A DNA stretch of 44,441 nt from a virus (IMGVR_UViG_2778261530_000005), one strand, 5' to 3'. Shown: positions 1 through 9,563, counted from the first letter of the stretch. The notes: generated by a model from the sequence alone, not told the origin. Translations and numbers: made by a program.

Positions 1-342
1 ATGATGAGAAAAAGTATTCTGGCGTTTCTGTTACTCACCAGTTCTGCAGCTGCGCTGGCGGCACCGCAGGTGATTACCGTCAGCCGTTTTGAAGTGGGTA
101 AAGACAAATGGGCGTTTAATCGCGAAGAGGTGATGTTGACTTGCCGACCGGGTAATGCTTTGTATGTCATTAACCCAAGTACCCTCGTGCAGTATCCTTT
201 AAACGATATCGCACAAAAGGAAGTTGCCAGTGGGAAGACTAAAGCCCAACCCATTTCGGTGATTCAGATTGATGATCCTAACAATCCCGGTGAAAAAATG
301 AGTCTGGCACCGTTTATAGAGCGAGCTGAAAAACTCTGTTAA
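1..342 (+). CDS. yebY: Host periplasmic protein YebY-like, with N-terminal signal peptide
   Basis: 113-aa ORF with signal-peptide-like N-terminus ([20 protein letters not shown]); recognised from memory as YebY; sits outside the prophage repeats next to sdsR, matching the yebY-sdsR-pphA neighbourhood. Confidence 0.7.
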   Translation: MMRKSILAFLLLTSSAAALAAPQVITVSRFEVGKDKWAFNREEVMLTCRPGNALYVINPSTLVQYPLNDIAQKEVASGKTKAQPISVIQIDDPNNPGEKMSLAPFIERAEKLC

Positions 343-371
343 TTACCTAAAATAGCCTTTTGATTTCCAAT

Positions 372-412
372 AAAAAACCGCCTCAGTTCTTTCACCAGAA
401 CGGGCGGTTTTT
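372..412 (+). terminator. Rho-independent terminator downstream of yebY
   Basis: GC stem ccgcc(378-382)/ggcgg(403-407) with inner gttct/agaac pairing, followed by TTTTT (408-412). Confidence 0.5.
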
Positions 413-499
413 AACATTTAAGCTGATGACCACCACGCTTTTTATTGACCATTTTGCACGCAAACTGGAAAACCTGGCGTCGTCATCTATTCTTAAAGA

Positions 500-603
500 G
501 CAAGGCAACTAAGCCTGCATTAATGCCAACTTTTAGCGCACGGCTCTCTCCCAAGAGCCATTTCCCTGGACCGAATACAGGAATCGTATTCGGTCTTTTT
601 TTA
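500..603 (+). ncRNA. sdsR: SdsR (RyeB) small RNA; its 3' terminator hairpin is the phage attachment site
   Basis: Sequence GCAAGGCAACTAAGCCTGCATTAATGCC...GGACCGAATACAGGAATCGTATTCGGTC plus T-run matches my recollection of SdsR; preceded by a sigma-S-type -10 (CTATTCTTAA, about 486-495); ends in 8-bp hairpin CCGAATAC/GTATTCGG and T-run. Confidence 0.7.
573..603. repeat. attL: left prophage junction, imperfect direct repeat of 43345-43375
   Basis: cgaaTacaggaatcgtAttcggtctTttttt here versus cgaaAacaggaatcgtGttcggtctCttttt at the right end (28 of 31 identical); integrase gene adjacent. Confidence 0.6.
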
Positions 604-733
604 ATTGTATTTAAAATCAATTAGTTGCAAACGTCTCCCCGAAATTCCCCGAAATTTACTCGAATTTCTGTATTCCGGTCTTTTTTGGTTATATCACAAC
701 CAAAATACATTTAACAATCCATTTACGTTAAAA

Positions 734-1810
734 TCAGAGCAGTAAGTACGTTTTTTCTCTCTCATCAAGATACATTTTTGTTGTCTTCTCCGATGTGTGG
801 CCAAGTAGACGCTGAGCAAATTCTTCTCCACATGTTTCTTTGTATAATCGTCCAGCCAGGCTTCTGATCTCGTGAAAAGTTGGTGGGTTTTCACTGAACT
901 GGATACCTGTTAATTTTCTGGCTGCGACAAATTTTTTTGTCAGGCCGTCCGGGTGAATGCTGCCGTCAGGGCTGTTTTTTCTAATCCCGGCACTGATTAG
1001 AAAATCTCCCCGGCTTACCAGGCGGCACCGTTCAACTACTGTACCAAGACGTAAACCAGCGACCGGAAGGCTGAGTGACAGGGGGATAGCAATCATCATT
1101 CCTGTCTTAATTTGCCTGATGTGAAGACGATCATCATAAATATCACTGAACCGCATATTCGTTATGTCTTCGCGACGTTGTCCTGTTACAAGGGCTAAGT
1201 CCATAGCTAATGGGAACCATGCCGGAAGTTGATCTGCTGCCTCCCTGATGCAGTTGTATGTCTTTAGTTTCAGCCGTTCTCTTGTAACTACTATTTTCGG
1301 TGCTCTTGTTGGCGTTACTGGATTTTGAGATATACGCCCTTCAACAATGGCTTCGCGGAACATATCAGATAACACAGAACGCATTGATCCTGCCATCGTG
1401 TTTTTCCCTCCTTCAATCCACAAATCAAGAAACTCGGCAATATGGCGAGTGGTTATTTCTGTCAGTAAGATCCCTCCTAATTTTTCTTTTATTGTTTCCA
1501 GTTGATTTCCCCGAATTTTATAAGTATTTCTGGACACTTTTCTCCTTATAAGAATCGTTTTGTAACGTTCAATCCAGTCTGCCATAGTAAATGAGTCGAA
1601 CCCTTTAAGTTTTTCAATTAAGGCAGCAGGAGAGTAGTTTTTGTATATATAATGATTTGCTTCAATTGCCTGCGCGATTGCATCTCTTCTTGAAATTTTA
1701 CCTAGTGTAAATTCTTCTTTCGTAAGAGGGTTGCGCCAGTAATATGCTTTGTCCCTCCTTCGATATGTTAAGTTCCTAGGCAAATTGGGATCGTATTTTT
1801 TCCGCTGCAT
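734..1810 (-). CDS. Tyrosine site-specific integrase (lambda Int family)
   Basis: 358 aa; N-terminal arm-binding-like region and C-terminal catalytic region resembling lambda Int (…[11 protein letters not shown]…[17 protein letters not shown]); adjacent to attL and transcribed toward it. Confidence 0.9.
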   Translation of the reverse strand: MQRKKYDPNLPRNLTYRRRDKAYYWRNPLTKEEFTLGKISRRDAIAQAIEANHYIYKNYSPAALIEKLKGFDSFTMADWIERYKTILIRRKVSRNTYKIRGNQLETIKEKLGGILLTEITTRHIAEFLDLWIEGGKNTMAGSMRSVLSDMFREAIVEGRISQNPVTPTRAPKIVVTRERLKLKTYNCIREAADQLPAWFPLAMDLALVTGQRREDITNMRFSDIYDDRLHIRQIKTGMMIAIPLSLSLPVAGLRLGTVVERCRLVSRGDFLISAGIRKNSPDGSIHPDGLTKKFVAARKLTGIQFSENPPTFHEIRSLAGRLYKETCGEEFAQRLLGHTSEKTTKMYLDEREKTYLLL

Positions 1811-2063
1811 GTTTTAACTTCTCCAGTAACGGACTGTCTCTCCCTTGTCGCCCATTAGGCTGATGGTGTGTTATATCGGTATCAACCTTATTTGGGTTGA
1901 TATAGAAAGCCTCCGGAACCACCCTGTAACTCCTCCCGTGTAGTTCAGGTGCAGGATAAATGTTTCCATTCCTTGCCCATCGTCTCAGCGTTGATATTGA
2001 TGGTGGGTTATCCGGATATCTGAGTTTTCCCCACGTTTTGAGTGTCACAAGATTCATTGCCAT
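1776..2063 (-). CDS. Excisionase (Xis/AlpA-like)
   Basis: 95-aa ORF immediately upstream of and overlapping int; basic winged-helix-like sequence (STLRRWARNGNIYPAPELHGRSYRV). Confidence 0.55.
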   Translation of the reverse strand: MAMNLVTLKTWGKLRYPDNPPSISTLRRWARNGNIYPAPELHGRSYRVVPEAFYINPNKVDTDITHHQPNGRQGRDSPLLEKLKHAAEKIRSQFA

Positions 2064-2163
2064 ACCTCTTACGATATGACCGCCAGTAAATATACAGAAT
2101 ACTGGCGGACGTGATTGATTTTTAATAATCAGCTATGAAGTTATAATTTGGATATAATGCAAC

Positions 2164-2352
2164 TCACGAGGGCCGAAGTTTCTCGCAATTAAAATTTATC
2201 AGCTTTACTTTCTGCTCTCTGGAAACGCCTGCTTCTTTTTTCCCCGAGAGCATTTTTTCGCATTCTGATTTAGTTAGTTTAGATTTTGAATATCTTGTCC
2301 AGTTAGTAGGAGTGCCACCTTCCTTTTCAATAGTGGCGGTAATTTTATACAT
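2164..2352 (-). CDS. Small hypothetical protein in the Rac ydaC position
   Basis: 62 aa from internal Met (MYKITATIEKEGG…); overlaps the upstream ralR-like stop by 8 nt. Confidence 0.4.
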   Translation of the reverse strand: MYKITATIEKEGGTPTNWTRYSKSKLTKSECEKMLSGKKEAGVSREQKVKLINFNCEKLRPS

Positions 2353-2539
2353 GAACACCTCCATTATTATTTCCAGTGGTTCGTTTATTCCATCGTTCGA
2401 GTGCTTCTTTTTCACTTCCACCATAGCCGGTTCGGGATTCGCATCCGTTACACTTCGCGCGGTAATATCCTGAAATGGCTTTCACCGTTACTGATGGACA
2501 ACCACAAAAAGGGCATGGTTTGACTTTTTCATACCGCAT
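2345..2539 (-). CDS. ralR: Lar/RalR-like restriction-alleviation protein; in Rac this is a type I toxin (DNase)
   Basis: 64 aa from MRYEKVKPCPFCGC…; paired CxxC zinc-ribbon motifs; length and sequence match my recollection of Rac RalR. Confidence 0.65.
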   Translation of the reverse strand: MRYEKVKPCPFCGCPSVTVKAISGYYRAKCNGCESRTGYGGSEKEALERWNKRTTGNNNGGVHV

Positions 2540-2602
2540 TGTCTTTTCTCTCATATAATAAAGTTTTGTGATGGCGGTGAGGCTACACCGCCAAAGTCAA
2601 TA

Positions 2603-3706
2603 TCAGGAGCCGATATATTCTGGTTTCATATCTGTCAGTGTCGTTTTATACGCCTCATATAATTCACCCAGATGTGGTCGTGCAGCATTCAGCGTATTTT
2701 CCAGAGCAGTAAATTTTTGTTCTGCTTCTGGATCACCTGATGAAGGCAGGTCATTTATCATCTTCTCGATACTGGCAATAGCATTGAGACGGTGATGACG
2801 CCGAACCACTTTTCCTTTAAGCTCGGCAAAGAATTCGCCGATCTGGTTTTTCTGATCCTCTATCTCTTGGCGTAATGCAGTGGTTTCCTCAGTCGTGGCC
2901 GCGCTTTCTATACGCTGCCGGAATTCATCAATCCACGCTTCGTCAATACGCTGTTCGATGGTTTCTGTTCGCTGCTCGCTTACCTCGCTATAATTCTGTA
3001 CCGACACAGGATTGATGATTTTTTCCTGTGGCTCTTCCAGTTCGTCCGGGGTATACACGCCCAGGATGACGTCAGGACAATAAAGGCGAGCCCAGTATTT
3101 CAACGCCAGATAGGCGAGCTGTTGTTTCGGGTTTGAGGTCCATAAAGGAGAATTACGCGTAATCACGCTGGAAAGAAACACCGGTTCTCCCCAGGTAATC
3201 TCACTTTCACCGCGAAGAACTGCACCAACTCGAACTGAGAGACCATACTCATCTTCACTGGTCCAACATGGGATCGTTTCTTTTTTCTCATAGATTCCGC
3301 CTCCTTTGGCCGTTTTCTTAACGATCTCCACTCGGGTGCGAGAGCATTTCTCCCAGTCTCCCTCGTACTTGTAATGGAAGCGACCTACAATTGCACTTGA
3401 GCTAGAGATCACAGCGTTAACCAGTTGTGCTTCATAACCCAGAACTCCGTTTACCAGGTGTGTTTTCTGAGCCACAGCGTAGGGGTTCATGCCCCATTGC
3501 ATAGCTTGCATGATGATTGCCATGCAGTCGGCAGGATTTCCGCGAAGGTGATCGGGAACTGTGACGGTGGCCTGTGCCATCAACCCGGCTACTGCCTGAA
3601 GTTGCGTCAACGCCTGAACGTTAAAAATAGTGTTACTGGCAGAAATGGTATTTGGTGTCTGCTCTGTCGTGATGATATTGGTATTTTGCATGGTCAGGTT
3701 CTCCAT
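2603..3706 (-). CDS. Single-strand annealing recombinase, RecT/Redbeta superfamily (putative)
   Basis: 367 aa directly downstream of the RecE-like exonuclease, start ATG overlapping its stop (TAATG); RecT/Redbeta-like core; alternative start at 3691. Confidence 0.6.
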   Translation of the reverse strand: MENLTMQNTNIITTEQTPNTISASNTIFNVQALTQLQAVAGLMAQATVTVPDHLRGNPADCMAIIMQAMQWGMNPYAVAQKTHLVNGVLGYEAQLVNAVISSSSAIVGRFHYKYEGDWEKCSRTRVEIVKKTAKGGGIYEKKETIPCWTSEDEYGLSVRVGAVLRGESEITWGEPVFLSSVITRNSPLWTSNPKQQLAYLALKYWARLYCPDVILGVYTPDELEEPQEKIINPVSVQNYSEVSEQRTETIEQRIDEAWIDEFRQRIESAATTEETTALRQEIEDQKNQIGEFFAELKGKVVRRHHRLNAIASIEKMINDLPSSGDPEAEQKFTALENTLNAARPHLGELYEAYKTTLTDMKPEYIGS

Positions 3707-6700
3707 TAAGCCAGATGCAGTGCTTCAAGACGACGAAGATCAAAGTCGTTTAATTCGTCGGTATAACTTTCGGTAATCGGTGCTGGCCAGTTGTTTGTCT
3801 CTAGAGCTTCGTTTATCTGGCGTAGCGTCCGGCGATATTCCTGTCGACCAAGTTCAAGGAGTTCCTGCGAGGCTTCCACGACTGCCACCCAGTGATAGCC
3901 AGCATCTTTGTTGACGAAGATCCAGAAAAATTTGTCCAGGTTTGCCACATCGCAATACATTGCGGCGCTGAGGTGATAATCACGCTCAATAATTTCACGG
4001 TGCAGGCGATCTTTAAGTCGTTCCTGCCGCACATAACCGAGGCTGACTGACTTCACGTCAGCGCAAATGCTTTCGTATGGCAGCCGGATTTCGATATCAG
4101 GACGGACCCTGATTTCCAGCCCGGTTTCTTCATCAAACCCGAAATAGCTGATTTCAGATTTGCGATCCGGGTGGTTGAGTAGCCTTGCTGCATCGGTATT
4201 GTTTTGCAGTGCCGCGTGAATATTTTTTGCCTGTTCATACATATCCGGACTGATAAACGTTTTCCCGGCGTTTTCTTCTTGCTGGCGTTTTTGCCAGTCC
4301 TCCAGTGTCACCAGTTCCGGGCGAATTTTCCGTGCGATTTCGGTTAATTGCTCTTTTGTGCCACTGATGTTGTAAGGCAAAGATTTAGCACGTTCTTTTT
4401 TTGCCAGTTCTGGATCTACAGTTTCAATTTGATCCAGAAGCTGCTCCCGTGCTCCACTGGTTTTCAACAGAGGAGGGAGGCTTGCGTTGTATTCTTTAAT
4501 ACAGGCTTTCATTGCTGATGCTGTGTGTTTTTCCCCCTCAGGAATACGCCGAAATTCCACCGGAAGCGAACCGTAAAGGATGCCTGTTTCTTCGGCCCCA
4601 GCACTTACAGACAGTGGCTGTATAAGAGTGCTGTTGTAGCTTTCGATCCACTCTTTCATCTGCTCTGGTGTCATCAGTGCTGGCAGACTGGCATTGTGTT
4701 TTTTAATGATGGCGATCAGTTCGTTAGAAGTAGTAACCACATATTCAGGAACCGGTACCGGAATGGCATATTCATCTGCGAATTTATCCGTTTCCAGAAC
4801 ATAGCTGTGAATGATCCGCCCACGCAGCAGTGCGTCACTTTCCTCGTTCGGAATAGTTCCGGCAATGTGCCGCCCGTGGTAATACATCAGGCTGATACGG
4901 GCATCCTTCAGCATCGTGCTGCTTATTCCGTTGGCGGAGTGATAAACCTCGTTCGGGAGGTTTTCATAGCGGCCTGGCTCGAAATATGACGGCCACATGA
5001 TTTCAGTTGCTACAGGAGCTGACGCTTCGCCAGTTTCATCACTGCAATTGCGATGCGGATCGCTGTCAGCATTCTCATTGTGCTGATGTTCAGCGCCTTC
5101 CATTTCCTCCGGATCTTTTTCCAGAGATTCATCCAGATTTTCTTCATTAAATGTTTCCTGATACGTTGCGTCGCCCATCGCCGCGCCACAATCAGGGCAG
5201 TTGCCCCCACCGATCTGACCGCAGGCGGTGCAGACTTTTTCCGGTTCTTGTTGCTCTTCTGGTTCAGGCTGTTTCGTTTCTGGCTCGTTTTGTTGCGTAT
5301 TTGGGCTGTTTTGTTCCGCTTTCTTGTCGTTCTGTTCCGTTTCTTGCTGGTTCTGGTTCACAGAGTCGAGGGTTTCAATCCCCTTAACCCATTTCGGATC
5401 GTTCGGGTCGCTAATCCCTTCAACAAATTCTCCGCGAGAGGCAGCCAGTAATTTGTCTGCATCGACAGGATTTTTGGGCGGAATGTTTTTCCGGGCTTCA
5501 TGGAGTTCTGCCCGCAGTTTCTGATATTTCGCATCAACAGAATTTACCTGTGACTGAGCATCCAGCGGCTGCGTGTTCTGATGATGTTCAGTTGCATTCG
5601 GTTCCACTGTTTCAGCCGTTGCCTGTTCATCTGCCATTGCGCCAGATGGTTGTGGTTTTTCTTCATCGTCCTGTTTTCCTTCTTCTGTTACTCGCTGCGG
5701 CATCGGGGCAGAGGAGCGACCGCAGGCAATATCCACGATTTCCGGATCAGGGTTGGCATGATCGGTTTCAGTCAGTACTTTGTTCAGATATTCAGTGACG
5801 TGTGCGGGGATGACCTCGATCCCAATTGGTGCTTCTTTCACGGACGCAACCACGATGGCGCGGGAATAATCCAGCCCGCCAGGCATGGTGATGAATTTGT
5901 CGCGGAAAACAGAAAAGGGTGGTTTATTTTCAGCGATAATTTCCTCAATGCGTTTAGCGTGTGCCGGATGAAGGTTATAAATGTCCACGTCCATTGAACG
6001 GGCCAGTACGCCAGTGGCTACATCGCGTGCCAGTGACGTCAGATCGTGGACGAAACCTTCGCCGCGATCGGTGAGGTTCCCGCCGCCAGCATTAGCACCG
6101 GAAGCCGTGCGAGTGATGCGTGAAACACGATTTCCTTTCATCCACTCTTTTGTCAGCAGACCGCGATCGGTGTAGTCTGCGTCCAGGTATGCTTCGAAAA
6201 AAGCAGTCATCAGCCCCAGACTTGAATTGCCTGGATTAGGGAAAACTTTGTCAGTATCACGAACCAGTCTGTGAAGATCGCGAATCTCCAGCGGGTCGAG
6301 CAGGCTGGTTTTGTGGGAAACAGCTAGGGCAGTAACAGCTGGTAGTTCTTCGGCCCGTGCAATATGTAATGTCTGGAGTTCGTCGCGTGAAACGTGCGTT
6401 ACCGGTTTTTCGCTGCCGTGTTGAGCAAGCCAGCGAATGGGCAGCTCTTGGCCAGAAATCGGGAGTAGCATATTCTCCTCAATCTCAGTCATGTCTTCGC
6501 CATTAACATTGGTATTGTCAGTGCTGTCTGGTTTGTCCTGCGCAGAGGATGAGGGCGCGATAAATACCATTGTGATGCCATCTTCCCCGCCTTTTTCGTA
6601 ACGGTTGCAGAATTCCGTATCAAATACGCCTTCTGGTGGAAGGTCATCAACAACGGGCAAATTGACGCGAACAGGTTTTTTAAAGTCATCTTCATCGTAG

Positions 6701-6855
6701 CCAGCATCGTCAATCGCAACAGCACCACGGGAGATGGCAATGGATAATTTTTTCGCTTCAGCCCAGTAGAAACCGCCTTTAATACCGAGACGTTTTCTTA
6801 CTTTGTCATTTTTTGCTTCGTAATACAGTGGGTAAACTTGTTTATCGGTGCTCAT
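3706..6855 (-). CDS. recE: Exodeoxyribonuclease VIII (RecE-like) with C-terminal PD-(D/E)xK nuclease domain
   Basis: 1049 aa; internal segments resemble my recollection of Rac RecE; C-terminal YqaJ/RecE-type nuclease region; translationally coupled to the annealase. Confidence 0.7.
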   Translation of the reverse strand: MSTDKQVYPLYYEAKNDKVRKRLGIKGGFYWAEAKKLSIAISRGAVAIDDAGYDEDDFKKPVRVNLPVVDDLPPEGVFDTEFCNRYEKGGEDGITMVFIAPSSSAQDKPDSTDNTNVNGEDMTEIEENMLLPISGQELPIRWLAQHGSEKPVTHVSRDELQTLHIARAEELPAVTALAVSHKTSLLDPLEIRDLHRLVRDTDKVFPNPGNSSLGLMTAFFEAYLDADYTDRGLLTKEWMKGNRVSRITRTASGANAGGGNLTDRGEGFVHDLTSLARDVATGVLARSMDVDIYNLHPAHAKRIEEIIAENKPPFSVFRDKFITMPGGLDYSRAIVVASVKEAPIGIEVIPAHVTEYLNKVLTETDHANPDPEIVDIACGRSSAPMPQRVTEEGKQDDEEKPQPSGAMADEQATAETVEPNATEHHQNTQPLDAQSQVNSVDAKYQKLRAELHEARKNIPPKNPVDADKLLAASRGEFVEGISDPNDPKWVKGIETLDSVNQNQQETEQNDKKAEQNSPNTQQNEPETKQPEPEEQQEPEKVCTACGQIGGGNCPDCGAAMGDATYQETFNEENLDESLEKDPEEMEGAEHQHNENADSDPHRNCSDETGEASAPVATEIMWPSYFEPGRYENLPNEVYHSANGISSTMLKDARISLMYYHGRHIAGTIPNEESDALLRGRIIHSYVLETDKFADEYAIPVPVPEYVVTTSNELIAIIKKHNASLPALMTPEQMKEWIESYNSTLIQPLSVSAGAEETGILYGSLPVEFRRIPEGEKHTASAMKACIKEYNASLPPLLKTSGAREQLLDQIETVDPELAKKERAKSLPYNISGTKEQLTEIARKIRPELVTLEDWQKRQQEENAGKTFISPDMYEQAKNIHAALQNNTDAARLLNHPDRKSEISYFGFDEETGLEIRVRPDIEIRLPYESICADVKSVSLGYVRQERLKDRLHREIIERDYHLSAAMYCDVANLDKFFWIFVNKDAGYHWVAVVEASQELLELGRQEYRRTLRQINEALETNNWPAPITESYTDELNDFDLRRLEALHLA

Positions 6856-6954
6856 TGTTTTTTAACCTCAACTCAGATTAAAATTACTGCGAGTGATGAA
6901 TAAATGTCCATGGTTCTTCACTCAGGCCTGCACAGTGTGCAGGCTTTCTTTTTT

Positions 6955-7230
6955 TCAGATTTCACCTTTTAATTTCATTGCAATCAGAGTTGCCAGAAAT
7001 TCGGCTTTTTTTTCTGCGGGCAGATTCTTTCCTATGTGCACCAGACACATTTTTTTAACACCATCGTTAAGTGTTTTAACGTTGCCTGATGGACCGTCGA
7101 TATCAACCACAGTGAATGGGGTTTCTTTATTTTCTGTCTTAATCACGTAGCCAATACGCTTTCCTTCCAGGCTGACTTCGTGAACAATGTCATCAGTAGT
7201 AACAACAGTGGCTTCATAACTGGTAATCAT
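6955..7230 (-). CDS. racC: RacC-like protein
   Basis: 91 aa from MITSYEATVV…; same length and position (after recE) as Rac racC. Confidence 0.55.
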   Translation of the reverse strand: MITSYEATVVTTDDIVHEVSLEGKRIGYVIKTENKETPFTVVDIDGPSGNVKTLNDGVKKMCLVHIGKNLPAEKKAEFLATLIAMKLKGEI

Positions 7231-7304
7231 GTTTTTCTCCTTAATTAAGGTTGAGCGAATCCCTGCCATTGCTGGCATAAATTCAGTTTCGGATAGTCAG
7301 TTAA

Positions 7305-7475
7305 TTAAAGTTCGTGTGCCATCTGGTCTTTTTCGGCACAGATTTCACTACAATATTTTTTCATTTCCGTCGTTGGTATAACTCCACGCATGAAATGAAG
7401 TGGTCTTGTAATGATTTTGCTTTCTTCAATTTCTTTATTGCAAAGGTGATAAGCACATTTTATTTTCTTAGCCAT
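7305..7475 (-). CDS. ydaE: YdaE-like small Cys-rich protein
   Basis: 56-aa ORF translated by hand ([19 protein letters not shown]…YCSEICAEKDQMAHEL), below the ORF-track cutoff; start overlaps the kilR stop (TAATG). Confidence 0.5.
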   Translation of the reverse strand: MAKKIKCAYHLCNKEIEESKIITRPLHFMRGVIPTTEMKKYCSEICAEKDQMAHEL

Positions 7476-7696
7476 TACCATGACTCCGCCTTTACAGGTA
7501 AACCATCACGACCGAGGAAGACTTTAATCATGCAGTCAGAAATGCATGTTTTTGTAGTCAGGCTACGAATATAAAGTTTTCGCTTTTTAATATTGTTTGC
7601 CGAGGCGATATATGTCCGACCTTCATGAAGAACATAATCGCCAGGGGTCACACACTGACGTGGTATTTCATCAGTTCCGAAGTGATGAGCAATCAT
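7475..7696 (-). CDS. kilR: KilR-like cell-division inhibitor
   Basis: 73 aa from [15 protein letters not shown]…; length and racC-ydaE-kilR order match Rac. Confidence 0.6.
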   Translation of the reverse strand: MIAHHFGTDEIPRQCVTPGDYVLHEGRTYIASANNIKKRKLYIRSLTTKTCISDCMIKVFLGRDGLPVKAESW

Positions 7697-8091
7697 AATT
7701 ATCTCCATTTTTACAAATGAATTTTGTCGATGCGGTGCCTGGTGCCTCCAGGTGACGTTAACCAGTTAACAATTAACGCCGGATAATCCACCCATAACAC
7801 TGATGCTTTTAACTGTGCCGCGTGCGCTTAGCCGCATTCACCGCATCACAAAATTCACTTTAAAAAGGGGCGGCAGGGCAGCCACGGAGTAGAACTGATG
7901 CCGCCAAAGACTAGACACAGCAATGTCGTTATTTACAACCGGAGGCGCACTCCCACCATTTAAATTTAACAGACAAGACCGACTCTTTATGAATACCGGA
8001 AATGCGCCTTCGTGTTGTGCGCCTGTCTTTTTACCACTTCAGGCTCGGTGGTATACTGGAGTTCTCACACAACCAGTAATAAGGTATTCCT

Positions 8092-8286
8092 ATGGATAAT
8101 AAAGACAAAGCCTGGCTACTTGCTTTAGCTTTCAGCATCAGATCGCAGCGAGAAACAACTCATCAAGAATTTTTCTCGGAAATCGAGAATGCTGAGAATG
8201 AGTTTTTGTCACTACTCAATGAACGTGATGCTAAAAAAAGCGCCGATTCACTTAAGGCGTGGGCGAAACTAGGCTCTTCAAAATAA
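8092..8286 (+). CDS. Hypothetical small protein
   Basis: 64-aa ORF downstream of a strong -10-like element (TGGTATACT, about 8044-8054); no recognisable family. Confidence 0.25.
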   Translation: MDNKDKAWLLALAFSIRSQRETTHQEFFSEIENAENEFLSLLNERDAKKSADSLKAWAKLGSSK

Positions 8287-8470
8287 TTGCTTCTGTAGCG
8301 GCATGAACAACTGTTTTTGCCGCCTCTTCAACTTCCTTGTCTGGACGACCAGCCTTTACTTTTTCTGCAATGACCTCCAGCACAGTTGGAAGAACCTTGC
8401 TAATAAGCATGGCTGCCACATCTTTGCTGCACAATTTACCGTTAATAACAACCAGATCTTCACCAACCAT
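8252..8470 (-). CDS. Hypothetical small protein between kil and immunity regions
   Basis: 72-aa ORF (or 52 aa from the internal Met); position corresponds to small ydaF/ydaG-type genes in Rac. Confidence 0.3.
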   Translation of the reverse strand: MVGEDLVVINGKLCSKDVAAMLISKVLPTVLEVIAEKVKAGRPDKEVEEAAKTVVHAATEAIILKSLVSPTP

Positions 8471-8661
8471 CTTTTTTCCCCTTAACGCCGGGTGGCGGAA
8501 CTAAAACCTACAGCGCCGTGCTGTTCTTGATGGAAATATTAGTAACGCGGATATTTTAAGTCAACAGTATGGCGTATGATATTTTTGATTTGGTAACTAT
8601 GTAAATGTTTTTTCAAGGGAAAAATATTAGTTATACAGCTGATTTGCAGAAGTTATGGCAC

Positions 8662-8693
8662 AAAAAAAACCGACTAAGACGTCGGTTTTTTTG
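8662..8693 (-). terminator. Bidirectional rho-independent terminator downstream of the repressor gene
   Basis: AAAAAAAACCGAC…GTCGGTTTTTTT: hairpin flanked by A-run and T-run. Confidence 0.5.
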
Positions 8694-8718
8694 TTGTGGA
8701 TGGGGTAGTGAGCGGTGG

Positions 8719-9180
8719 CTACTGGTTACGTTTCTTTAGTGCCAGCATGTTCTCGAAGGCTTCCTCGTAGAGCTTGTTTAGTCCACGTAGCTGGTTAAGG
8801 AGTTTGGCTTTTTCTGACGCAGGTAGAATCTCGAAGAGGTTAAGTAACTCTGCCTGTTCTTCATTGACCAGCCTCCATCCGTTGCCTGAAAAACTATCAT
8901 CATAAGTATCTGATGATCTTACATAATTCATTAAGTCTTTAAGGTCTTCTCGAATGTCCTCTGGTTTTACCTTTAACAGAACCGCAAATTTTAGCGCAGC
9001 GTCGGTATTTACCGGTATCTTGCCGTTCAGATACTGGCTAACGGTGCCTTGAGATTCGAATCCCAACAACTCAGCCGCCAGCTCTTGAGTCAGCTTCAGC
9101 TCTTTTTTTCTTGCATTCCATGCGGCTTTTAAATTCTTGCTCGCTTCTGGAGTTGCAATCACTTCGCGTGTTTTTTTCAT
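8719..9180 (-). CDS. Prophage repressor (HTH, RacR-like; no LexA-type peptidase domain)
   Basis: 153 aa with helix-turn-helix (LTQELAAELLGFESQGTVSQYLNGK), divergent from the cro-like gene across an operator-containing intergenic region. Confidence 0.7.
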   Translation of the reverse strand: MKKTREVIATPEASKNLKAAWNARKKELKLTQELAAELLGFESQGTVSQYLNGKIPVNTDAALKFAVLLKVKPEDIREDLKDLMNYVRSSDTYDDSFSGNGWRLVNEEQAELLNLFEILPASEKAKLLNQLRGLNKLYEEAFENMLALKKRNQ

Positions 9181-9186
9181 ACATAG

Positions 9187-9214
9187 AGTTTATTTGTTTT
9201 ACCAATATTATCAA
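9187..9214 (-). promoter_or_regulatory. Candidate repressor-maintenance promoter giving a near-leaderless transcript
   Basis: On the minus strand TTGATA (-35), 16-bp spacer, TAAACT (-10), ending 6 nt before the repressor ATG. Confidence 0.35.
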
Positions 9215-9216
9215 AG

Positions 9217-9255
9217 ATAGTCTGACTATTGATCTTTAAAATTAGCGGAGCTAAT
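9217..9255. promoter_or_regulatory. Two perfect palindromes, candidate operators
   Basis: ATAGTCTGACTAT (9217-9229) and ATTAGCGGAGCTAAT (9241-9255), overlapping the -35 and -10 of the divergent promoters. Confidence 0.4.
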
Positions 9256-9257
9256 AT
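9229..9257 (+). promoter_or_regulatory. Candidate PR-like promoter for the cro-like operon
   Basis: TTGATC (-35, 9229-9234), 17-bp spacer, TAATAT (-10, 9252-9257), about 30 bp upstream of the cro-like ATG. Confidence 0.45.
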
Positions 9258-9287
9258 TTGCTCGAGGCATAACGTAGAAGGTTGGCT

Positions 9288-9563
9288 ATGAACTTAAGAG
9301 ACTATTTAAAAGAGAAACATATCACCCAGCTACAGTTTGGGAAGCTAACGGGTTTATCTCAGGTGCATGTAAGTCGAGTGCTGGGGGGCTATGAAAGATT
9401 CAGCCCTGAAAAAGCATTACGTGTTGCTGAAGTAACGAATTTCGAGGTTACACCTCATGAACTCCGGCCTGATATCTACCCGAATCCGACCGATGGTTTA
9501 CCTGTTGGATGTAAGGCTAACACACAAAATGCACAGGAGTTGATTCATGAAAATCAGGCATGA
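9288..9563 (+). CDS. Cro/YdaS-like HTH regulator
   Basis: 91 aa from MNLRDYLKEKHITQLQFGKLTGLSQVHVSRVL…; HTH; first gene of the rightward early operon; GAAGG ribosome-binding site. Confidence 0.6.
   Translation: MNLRDYLKEKHITQLQFGKLTGLSQVHVSRVLGGYERFSPEKALRVAEVTNFEVTPHELRPDIYPNPTDGLPVGCKANTQNAQELIHENQA

Noticed and set aside
420-610. Possibility that the attachment site is a tRNA or tmRNA gene
   Set aside because: No cloverleaf, T-loop or CCA features; the sequence instead matches the SdsR/RyeB sRNA with its sigma-S promoter and terminator hairpin.
4525-5997. Several + strand ORFs (154, 132, 98, 138 aa) inside the RecE-like gene
   Set aside because: All lie antisense within one long continuous minus-strand ORF with recognisable RecE features; their translations are Phe/Arg/Cys-rich nonsense typical of shadow ORFs.
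7314-7574. 86-aa + strand ORF overlapping ydaE and kilR
   Set aside because: The opposite strand encodes two translationally coupled proteins of exactly the Rac YdaE (56 aa) and KilR (73 aa) lengths; the + ORF is Phe-rich with no start context.
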